From Desulfovibrionaceae bacterium (GTDB lineage: Bacteria; Desulfobacterota; Desulfovibrionia; Desulfovibrionales; Desulfovibrionaceae): a stretch of 64,000 bases of DNA. The notes below the pieces were generated by a model that did no database searches, was not told the DNA's origin, and saw only the letters and a program-made list of their open reading frames with translations. A program made the translations under genes and the position numbers. The DNA lies in assembly GCA_963674665.2 (NCBI GenBank), contig CAXXPL010000011.1, forward strand, positions 80,567-144,566, in the 5' to 3' direction. Shown one piece after another: positions 56,678-64,000 of this stretch; position 1 is the stretch's first letter, and every line of letters begins with the position of its first letter.

Positions 56678-57893
56678 AAACTGGAGCGACGCCCGCTTCG
56701 ACGAGCTGCAGCGCGGGGTCTTCCTCTCTCTGTTCGGAGTGGTTGTCGCGGCGCTTATCCTGTTTTTTTCCGCCATCTGGGGGCAGCGCGACCTGGTCAT
56801 CCTGTCCACGATCATATTGCTGTTTGGAGGGGCGTTGCGGCTCTGGAGCAAGAAGAGCCCCGGCAATGTCCTTTGCTCCATCCTTTCGGACCGGCGTGCC
56901 GTGTTCCCCGGCGATGTGGTGAACCTGTCCATCGACATCCGTAATGGCAAGACGCTCCCCATTTATGCAAAGGTGCGGGTGGGCATCCAGGGTTCCCTGG
57001 GATCAGCCGCCTCCGGGATCGACATCTGCGAGTCGGGCACCATCCTTTGGCACCAGGACATGCGCATAACCAGGACTCTGCGCCCGGAGAGGAGGGGGAT
57101 CTACGAGGTGGGCTCCCCGTGGCTGATCACAGGGGATTTCTTTGGCGCATTTCCGCGCAGAAAGGAGATCCAACAGGACCTGCGGATCATCGTCTACCCC
57201 CGTATCGTCGCGCTACGCCCCTTCAATGTCCTGAAGCGCGCCATGTTCGGCAAGCCCGCCTCCACCAGCCCTTTCCTGGACCCGGTGTATATCATGGGCA
57301 CCCGGGGCTACCAGGACTCGAGCCCGGCGCGGCACATCCACTGGAAGGCCAGCGCCCGGCACGACAGGTTGCAGGAGAAGATCTTCGAGCCCAGCGAGCA
57401 GGAAAAAGTGGTGCTCATCCTGGAGGCGGACGGCTTTGCCGACAACCAGGCCGACCAGGACTTCGAAAGGGCGGTGGAGACCCTGGCCTCCCTGGCCACG
57501 CTGCTGGACTCACACAACTATGCCGTGGGGCTGCTTAGCAACTGCGACATAAACGGTAACGGCGGCATCGAGGAGGCGCATGGCCGGGTGCTGCGCCCCG
57601 GACGGTTGCCCGGACAGCTTCCCAGGCTCCTGGAACTCCTGGCACGGGTCGGGATGCGCAAGACCTGCGGCATGGGCGGCCTCATGCAGGAAACGGGGAA
57701 CATCCCCACAGGGTCGGCCTGCGTCTGTTTCTCCTACCGGGGCGGGGAAGCGGTGGAGCTGCTGCACAGGAGAAAGACCCCCGTGGTGAATGTCACGGCA
57801 AAGGAGGACCCGGACCGGGGCGGTTTCGCGTCGGCCCTGGTGCGCTCGTATATGCTGGACGACCTTTGCCTGGAGGACTCGCATGCAGGATAG
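56667..57893 (+). CDS. DUF58 (vWA-like) domain protein
   Basis: 408 aa. It has two N-terminal TM helices and the DUF58 signature GTRGYQDSSPARHIHWKASARHDRLQEKIFE. It overlaps moxR by 11 nt. Confidence 0.85.
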   Translation: MEPENWSDARFDELQRGVFLSLFGVVVAALILFFSAIWGQRDLVILSTIILLFGGALRLWSKKSPGNVLCSILSDRRAVFPGDVVNLSIDIRNGKTLPIYAKVRVGIQGSLGSAASGIDICESGTILWHQDMRITRTLRPERRGIYEVGSPWLITGDFFGAFPRRKEIQQDLRIIVYPRIVALRPFNVLKRAMFGKPASTSPFLDPVYIMGTRGYQDSSPARHIHWKASARHDRLQEKIFEPSEQEKVVLILEADGFADNQADQDFERAVETLASLATLLDSHNYAVGLLSNCDINGNGGIEEAHGRVLRPGRLPGQLPRLLELLARVGMRKTCGMGGLMQETGNIPTGSACVCFSYRGGEAVELLHRRKTPVVNVTAKEDPDRGGFASALVRSYMLDDLCLEDSHAG

Positions 57894-59337
57894 GGAGAGG
57901 GGGGGGGCCCAGCCGGGATTGATGTCCCTGGCGGCGGGCTTTCTGCCCGCCTCGGCCATGGAGCTGTGCTGGCTCATGGCCTGTATGCAGTTCCTGCTGC
58001 TGGCCCTGTTCAAGTGCCGGGCCGGGATCCTCTTCCCGGTGCTGATCTACGCCGGCGGCGCCTTCACCGTCTGGCTCTGCGGGCTCAGGTCGCGGCGCAG
58101 AATAACGGTCCTGATCATGCACGCACTCCTGTTCGCGGGCACATTCTTCGCTTCGGTGCACCTGTCCCTGTACCGTATCAACAATTTTCCGCCAGCCCTG
58201 TCCTTCGAGGGGCTGATTTCGATGCACAAGGGGCCCCTCGAGTGGGGGCTGGTCCTGGTCATCATGATCTGCTCCCTGGTCATATGGCAAAGAGGCAAGG
58301 CCTCGGTAGCCAGGGTCATTGACGTGGACAACATGTTCAATCGCCTGGACTTGGGGCTGGCCGTGTTTTTCCTGCTGCTGATCATCCAGTCCATGATGCT
58401 GGTGCGCGGAGGTATACAGCCGGTATTGCCCGATGTGTCTCGCTACTTCCTGCCATTCCTGGTGTTCGCGCTGTTCAGCCTGGGAGTGTTGCAGAGCGGG
58501 GGTAACAGGCACCGGGTTTCAGGATCCGGAGTCCACAAGCTCGGCATGGTCCTGGTTTTTACCGGCGTGCTCTTGTTGCTGGGGCTGGCCTTTGTGCTGC
58601 TGTTCCATGCGCAACTGTCCTCCAGCGCCCTGTTCGTGTCCAATGTCGTCTCCGAGCACGGCACTCCGGTGTTTAAGAGGATCCTGCTGGCCATTCTTTT
58701 TTTTCTCACCGGACACCGCAAATCCGTGGCCAAGCCCGCCGGGAGCGGGAAAACCGCCCAGAACGATATCAATCTGCAGGACATGGGCGACGGCTCCGGA
58801 TTTCCGTTCGTGGAAATCTTCGTGTCCCTGGCCATGGCTGTTTTCGCGTTGCTACTGTTGTTCATGCTCTTCCACCTGTTCAAGTGGCTCCTCGCCTACC
58901 TGCTGCAACCCGCGCAGCCCGGGCCGGACAGGGAGTTGCCGCGCTTCCAGGGTTTTGATGTGTTTGTCAGGCTCTGGAACCTGTTGCTGCGCGTGGTGGA
59001 TCGCCTCAGGAGAGGGATGCGGCGCCCCGCCAATGGCGAGGAGCTGTTTTTCCGCCTCAGGGCATGGGCCCGGCGCAGCGGTATGAGGCACCGCCCCTGT
59101 GAGACCCCGGCGGAGTTCGTCGCCAGGCTGGTCCGTGAGTTTCCTGAACTCGCCCCCGATTTGTCCCGGCTGCTGCAATGGATCTGCAGGGACATCTACG
59201 CCGACCGGGGCATGACTTCCGAGGAGCTGCGGCAGGCGCAAGAGGTTCTCGGGATCCTGGCCCGCCCCGGATATTGGAAGGCGCGGATGAGGTGCTGGCT
59301 CTTCGGAGGGCGCGTCAGAGCCCGAAATGGGGGATGA
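57883..59337 (+). CDS. Polytopic membrane protein with C-terminal DUF4129 domain
   Basis: The ATG at 57883 overlaps the DUF58 stop. Multiple TM helices are present. The C-terminus is ETPAEFVARLVREFPELAPDLSRLLQWICRDIYADRGMTSEEL (DUF4129 pattern). No transglutaminase Cys-His-Asp core was seen. Confidence 0.7.
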   Translation: MQDRERGGAQPGLMSLAAGFLPASAMELCWLMACMQFLLLALFKCRAGILFPVLIYAGGAFTVWLCGLRSRRRITVLIMHALLFAGTFFASVHLSLYRINNFPPALSFEGLISMHKGPLEWGLVLVIMICSLVIWQRGKASVARVIDVDNMFNRLDLGLAVFFLLLIIQSMMLVRGGIQPVLPDVSRYFLPFLVFALFSLGVLQSGGNRHRVSGSGVHKLGMVLVFTGVLLLLGLAFVLLFHAQLSSSALFVSNVVSEHGTPVFKRILLAILFFLTGHRKSVAKPAGSGKTAQNDINLQDMGDGSGFPFVEIFVSLAMAVFALLLLFMLFHLFKWLLAYLLQPAQPGPDRELPRFQGFDVFVRLWNLLLRVVDRLRRGMRRPANGEELFFRLRAWARRSGMRHRPCETPAEFVARLVREFPELAPDLSRLLQWICRDIYADRGMTSEELRQAQEVLGILARPGYWKARMRCWLFGGRVRARNGG

Positions 59338-59479
59338 CCTCTCTCCCTGCCTTGCGTTTCGCGTTTTTCTGCGATGGCGGTGCCGCATCATGAAGAGATA
59401 GCACGGTCACAACACCACATTCATTGGATGGTGGGGGGAGGCTGTCTGCCGCGCTCCCCGTTGTGTCTCACCCCTGACA

Positions 59480-60170
59480 ATGGAGTGTACCATGCCGTGT
59501 TTTATCCATAATTCACATATATTATATTATCGTGAACAGGGAGCTGGCCCGCATCTTGTTCTCCTTCCTGGAAACACCGCGTCATCGGCTTCCCACGAGC
59601 AGGAACTGGCCATTTTCAGCCGCCACTTTCGCGTGGTGGCCCTGGATTGTCTTGGAACAAAGCGATCCGGCAGGTGCGGCTGGTGGGATATCGACTGGTT
59701 GCGCCATGGCACCTTTCAGGCCAGGGATTTGTTGGAACACCCGGGGAGTGGTGCTGCGTGGTCATGGGGACCAGCGGGGCGGTGGCGGCACTGCTCATGG
59801 CCCTGCGCTTTCCCGATGCCGTATCCGCAGTGGTGGCGGACAGTTGCGTGGAGACCTTCTCTCCGGATGCCCTGTGTGAAGAGGTTGCCATGCGCAGGCA
59901 CCCCCTGAGGAACTGATCGCGTTCTGGAAGACCGCTCATGGCAACGACTGGCGGGTTGTTGTTGACGCAGACAGCGGGCTGTTGCTGCGCATGGTCCAGA
60001 ATGGGGGCGATTGCTTTGCCGGTTGGCTGGGGCGCATAACCTGCCCGGCACTGCTTACCACCAGCCGCCAGGACTCCCGCCTTCCGGATCTTGCGACCCA
60101 GATGCTCGGTATGCACCGACAGATCCTGGGCAGCAGGCCCTATCTACACGGCGTCGGCGACCACCCCTGA
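59480..60170 (+). pseudogene. Alpha/beta-hydrolase gene broken by at least two frameshifts
   Basis: Three consecutive pieces lie in three frames. They read ILYYREQGAGPHLVLLPGNTASSASHEQELAIFSRHFRVVALDCLGTKRSG, then VVMGTSGAVAALLMALRFPDAVSAVVADS, then ITCPALLTTSRQDSRLP ... LHGVGDHP. Confidence 0.7.
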
Positions 60171-60229
60171 TGTGGACGCAACCGGATGTCTTCAGGGAGC
60201 AGGTCGGCTCATTTCTTCAGACTCTGCCC

Positions 60230-60788
60230 CTGTGATGCGGACACGCCCTTGGACAGTGCGCTGCTCCGGCCGTGACGATGCGCTTGACGCGATCGAGGTC
60301 GGTGCTGTCACGGTCGTGCTCAGCCTCCATTTCCGCCACGTCTACCTGTGCCTGCTCCAGGCTGGTCTGTTCCGATTCCAGGCTCGCCATTTTTCGTCAA
60401 TGACGTTTCTTGCCGCGGAGACCGCCGCCTTCGCCTCGGTAACGGAGGCCTTGACGGATTCCAGCCTGGCCATGGCCACATCCAGCTCCACCTGGTAGTC
60501 ACGGGGGTCTAGAGTGGTCAGCACCTGGCCGGTTTTCACCAACGAGTTGTCCTTAACCCGCACGGTGGCCATATGGTCGGCCACCCTGGGGCTGATGTTC
60601 ACCATATGGGATTCAAGATACGCGTCATCCGTGGATTCATGCGACATTGAGTGAAGGTGGAAGGGGAAGCCGACAAACCCCAGCAGGGCAAGAAGTGCCG
60701 GGATCAGAACTGGCGCCAGGATGCGCCTGCTCTTTGCCCGTTTTGCCGGGTTTATGGAGTCGGGCGACGCTGACTGAATATCGCTCAT
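60230..60788 (-). pseudogene. HlyD/EmrA-family membrane-fusion protein, frameshifted and 3'-truncated
   Basis: From the ATG at 60788 the sequence reads MSDIQSASPD ... ILAPVLIPALLALLGFVGF (TM) ... STDDAYLESHMVNISPRVADHMATVRVKDNSLVKTGQVLTTLDPRDYQVELDVA. The coiled coil then continues in another frame (ASLESEQTSLEQAQVDVAEMEAEHDR). The gene ends against the hydrolase pseudogene. Confidence 0.65.
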
Positions 60789-61572
60789 GAATTCCTCACG
60801 ATTATTTCGTTGTGTTGATGTGTCTCGGAAAAGGTCCGGACGCGTCATCAGGAGGCTTGCAGCACCTTGTGGAAGGGGTGCTCCGAGAAGAGACCGGGGC
60901 GGCATCCAGGATACGTGATTTTTTGTTGTTTCTCGTTGGCAATAAATGTCTGTAAAAAACATCGACGGAATAGTAGTGTGTCTGCGGGGTATGGAATTTT
61001 CCCCGGGTTTAAGGAGTTGATCGGTGTATTTCCTGGATTGGGATGTTTTGAGATCCTGGCAAGGGGTGCATCATCCAGTTCGGCAATTGTGAATTGATTT
61101 GCGATCCGTTTATTGATCAAGACCGGATTTGCCATGGCTTCTGCACGGCGATGATCCGTTGCATCTGAATATACAATCGTAGTTATTCAGTAGCTTGGCT
61201 CATGGATATATAGTGGTGGATCGATTCATGGCTCCGTATTAGTTCGGACAGAAACATTGGACAAAAGTGGCAAGGGATACATTTTTGTATGAGATGCTTG
61301 CAAGTGAATTTTATGTAAAGTTGATTTCGAAGGTAACAAAATATCAGTATTGTATAGTCGATTTAAAAAATCAGCGCTAATTAATTGTGTAGATTAATTG
61401 AGTTCACATCGGTGTCGACAATAATTGTGGCATTTTTCGCGGTTATGGAGTAATATTTAAGACAAAGTGTGAGGACATTAAAACTTCAAGAGTTGAACCG
61501 ACAGCGATCATGTGCGGTTTGCAGGGATAATCTCGAAAGGAATATCACATTTTTTATGTAGAGGGGGAGGAT

Positions 61573-63696
61573 GTGAATATCGATGCCGTTGCCCAACACA
61601 AGGAAGCCCTGCTGCGTTCAATGCCGGACGTGGTGAATTATATCTCCACATTTCGCTCAATCAATAAGCGTTGGGACGGCGCCATAACCGCCGGCATGAT
61701 CGAGACCGGCCGCATGGAGGACGAGGCCTCCCGGCTCTTCGCCCCGCTCATTCAGGACATGGGCTCCACCAAGAACCGGTACAGCGACATACAGAACCGG
61801 CTGGTGGACGCCATCATGTTCGAGATGGCCAAGAAGGTCATCTTCGAGATCAAGGACGCAGCCAAATTCGCCATAAACATCCTCAAGCGCAATCTCTTCG
61901 AACGTACCGCCGATGTGGGCTATCTGGCCACTGACGCGGAGATCGTCAATCTGCTCCGGATGGTTGTCGACGGTCGGGATGAGCGCGATTTGGCCGATCA
62001 GGGCAAAGTCATCCGCCAACGCCTGGCCGAATATCAGTACGAATACACCGTGTATGACGAAATCCTCGTCATGGACAGGGATGGTTACGTGCGGGCCAAC
62101 CTGTGCCGGGACAATCACCTGAAGGTATCGCATGATCCCTGCCTGGAGCGGGCGCAGGCGGTGAATCTGCGCGGCAACCAGGACGAGGACAAGTACATCG
62201 AGATCATGCGGGAGACTGATCTGCACCACCGCCAGGGCAAAACTCTCGCCTATGCGCAAAAAATCGAGGATCCGGAGACCCGGCGATCCCTGGGAACCCT
62301 GTGCCTGTGCTTCAACTTCGAACAGGAGATGGAGAGCATTTTCAGCGACCTGCACCAGGGAAACCAGCACCTGACGGTCGCAATCCTGGATGCGGAGGGT
62401 GGTGTGCTGAGTTCCAACAATCCCGAAGTCCTGCCCGCAAGGGCAAAAGTGAGCGCGGATCTGGGCGCAGATTTCAGGGTTCTCAGCATCAATAACAGGC
62501 AATACCTGGCCAACATAGCGGCCACGGACGGGTATCAGGGATTTTACGGCCTCACATGGTACGGCCTTGCAATGGTGGAGGTGACCTCCGCCTTCAGCCA
62601 GACCGGTCTGCGGGACACCACTGATGGGGATCTGATGGAAAAACTGCAGAACTTTTCCCAGGAACTCACCGGCATAAAGGACGAGTCGGACGGGCTGTTG
62701 GCGGACATGAAGCTCGACAGCATCAACGGGCAGGTCAAGGCCGCCAAGTACGAGGCCAACGGGTTTGTGGAGGTGCTGCGCTTCGTGGATTTCATCGGCG
62801 ACGAGATCGACGGGCTCTTGTCCCAGGCCATCAGAAACCTCCAGAAGACCATTGTCACGTCCCTGTTCAACGATCTGCAGTTCCGCGCCTTCCAGGGCAA
62901 CAACATCGCGGACAGAAATCTCTACGAGCGCGCCAACGACGTCTGCTGGTGGGCGCTCACCCCAATGTTCCGCAGGCTGCTCACCAAACATGCGGATGAG
63001 GGACTCACCGTCGAGGAGTGTCAAAGCCTCCGGGACAACCTGCAGTATATCAACGACCTCTACACACCCTATCTGCGCCTCGTACTGGCGGACGCCCGGG
63101 GGACCGTGGTGGCTCTGTCCGACCCCCCGAGCGAGCTCAATGAGCGTTTTCTCATGGAGGGCATGCCCCAGGGGCAGGAGTTCGTGGGAACAAGGCTGGA
63201 TAAGGAACTGGTGGCCAAGGCCATGACCCTGCCTTCCAGCAAGGACTACTGCGTGTCCGGGTTCGTGGCCACCGACCTTTATGGGGGGCGCCCCACCTAT
63301 GTGTACAGTACCGCTGTGAGGAGCCCGGAGAACATGGACCGTACAGTTGGAGTGGTGCAGATCGTGTTCGACGCAGAGCCGCAGTTCAAGGATATGCTCA
63401 ACGATGTTCTGCCGCGCGACGAGAACAAGCAGGTTGTGGAGGGGAGCCTGGGATTTTTCGTGGACAGGGGCGGCAAGATCATCGCGTCGACCTCGCAGGA
63501 GTTTGCGCCCGGTGATATCCTTCCATTGCCGAAATCCCTGTATCTCGGCGAAAAGGGAGCGCGCAACTCATCGGTGGTGGAGTTGAAGGGCCGTTCCTAC
63601 ACCGTGGGGCGGCAGGTGTCCGAAGGGTACCGGGAGTACAAGCGCAGTGACGGCTACGTCAACGACGTGATCTGTCTGATTATGATCCCCATCTAG
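61573..63696 (+). CDS. Cytoplasmic protein built from two tandem Cache/PAS-like double-sensor modules, no output domain
   Basis: 707 aa (GTG start with GGGGGAGG RBS) and no TM or signal peptide. Internal duplication is visible by eye. RNLFERTADVGYLATD pairs with RNLYERANDVCWWALTP. YEYTVYDEILVMDRDGYVRANL pairs with DLYTPYLRLVLADARGTVVALS. LGTLCLCFNFEQEMESIFSDL pairs with TVGVVQIVFDAEPQFKDMLNDV. Confidence 0.65.
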   Translation: MNIDAVAQHKEALLRSMPDVVNYISTFRSINKRWDGAITAGMIETGRMEDEASRLFAPLIQDMGSTKNRYSDIQNRLVDAIMFEMAKKVIFEIKDAAKFAINILKRNLFERTADVGYLATDAEIVNLLRMVVDGRDERDLADQGKVIRQRLAEYQYEYTVYDEILVMDRDGYVRANLCRDNHLKVSHDPCLERAQAVNLRGNQDEDKYIEIMRETDLHHRQGKTLAYAQKIEDPETRRSLGTLCLCFNFEQEMESIFSDLHQGNQHLTVAILDAEGGVLSSNNPEVLPARAKVSADLGADFRVLSINNRQYLANIAATDGYQGFYGLTWYGLAMVEVTSAFSQTGLRDTTDGDLMEKLQNFSQELTGIKDESDGLLADMKLDSINGQVKAAKYEANGFVEVLRFVDFIGDEIDGLLSQAIRNLQKTIVTSLFNDLQFRAFQGNNIADRNLYERANDVCWWALTPMFRRLLTKHADEGLTVEECQSLRDNLQYINDLYTPYLRLVLADARGTVVALSDPPSELNERFLMEGMPQGQEFVGTRLDKELVAKAMTLPSSKDYCVSGFVATDLYGGRPTYVYSTAVRSPENMDRTVGVVQIVFDAEPQFKDMLNDVLPRDENKQVVEGSLGFFVDRGGKIIASTSQEFAPGDILPLPKSLYLGEKGARNSSVVELKGRSYTVGRQVSEGYREYKRSDGYVNDVICLIMIPI

Positions 63697-63863
63697 ATGA
63701 GCGTTTCATCATTGCACGCCGGCTTTGTCGTTGCGGAAAAGACAACTCCTTGTGTATGTCTGACTACGCGTCAGCCTTGCCTTTTCCTTGCGCTTTGCCA
63801 GCGAGCAATTCTACTGTACTTCCGGCAAATGTGATTGGTCAGCGTTTCCTTGGAAGCACGCGG

Positions 63864-63998
63864 TCACCAATGGCTCCCGGGTTCGCCGGGGGCATCCAGG
63901 TAGTTCAGGACCTTCCCGACCTCGTCCTTGTCCAGCCCCAGCCTTTTCAGGGTGGATTCGCACTGTGCGCGGAGCTCGTCGAGGTCCTTTTCGAATTC
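63864..63998 (-). CDS. C-terminal end of an unidentified gene that starts beyond the window end
   Basis: The minus strand reads ...EFEKDLDELRAQCESTLKRLGLDKDEVGKVLNYLDAPGEPGSHW*. It is open to the window edge, and no family was recognised. Confidence 0.35.
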   Translation of the reverse strand, partial: EFEKDLDELRAQCESTLKRLGLDKDEVGKVLNYLDAPGEPGSHW

Positions 63999-64000
63999 CT

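Noticed and set aside
55643-56962. 439-aa minus-strand ORF
   Set aside because: It is antisense to the MoxR ATPase, whose Walker A and B motifs are clear on the plus strand.
61428-61442. Sigma-54-like TGGCATTTTTCGCGG upstream of the tandem-sensor gene
   Set aside because: The -12 GC element is not at the required spacing from the GG.
61657-63024. 455-aa minus-strand ORF
   Set aside because: It is antisense to the 707-aa tandem-sensor gene, which has an RBS, internal duplication and normal composition.

Overview
GC-rich chromosomal segment, probably from a Desulfovibrio-like deltaproteobacterium. That assignment is an inference from gene content: a DcrA-type haem MCP, a Wolinella-type frdCAB operon and TRAP sugar-acid genes. 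All similarity calls were made by eye against remembered family motifs; no database search or computation was run.

Layout:
- 1-11.2 kb: chemotaxis cluster. Two MCPs, cheW, a cheA-REC hybrid, a STAS protein and a ParA-like ATPase lie on the minus strand, with cheB-cheR divergent.
- 11.8-15.9 kb: HPPD-like dioxygenase and a roughly 1000-aa NAD-glutamate dehydrogenase.
- 16-26.5 kb: two PilZ proteins, frdCAB, a two-subunit class I fumarate hydratase and a periplasmic-sensor PAS-GGDEF cyclase.
- 27.3-27.6 kb: tRNA-Val and tRNA-Asp.
- About 27.6-34.9 kb: a sharply AT-rich island with no integrase. It carries an orphan permuted DNA methyltransferase and a tightly coupled five-gene minus-strand operon. 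The operon encodes a GHKL ATPase, a STAS-like protein, an HExxH + full dCTP-deaminase fusion, a multi-TM protein and a small protein. I consider this operon a candidate undescribed nucleotide-depletion anti-phage system, and it is the main finding.
- 35.2-48 kb: sugar-acid catabolic locus with dgoK, dgoD, a KDPG-type aldolase, uxaA, three dehydrogenases, a LarA-like protein, TRAP dctPQM and an IclR regulator.
- 48-64 kb: map (SEC-C type), a DUF4105 protein, tex, a MoxR-DUF58-DUF4129 triad, a tandem-sensor protein and a zone of gene decay. The decayed genes are an SbmA-like pseudogene, an IS630 remnant, a PEP-CTERM remnant, and hydrolase and HlyD pseudogenes.

Many long antisense ORFs in the track are GC-driven artefacts and were rejected.
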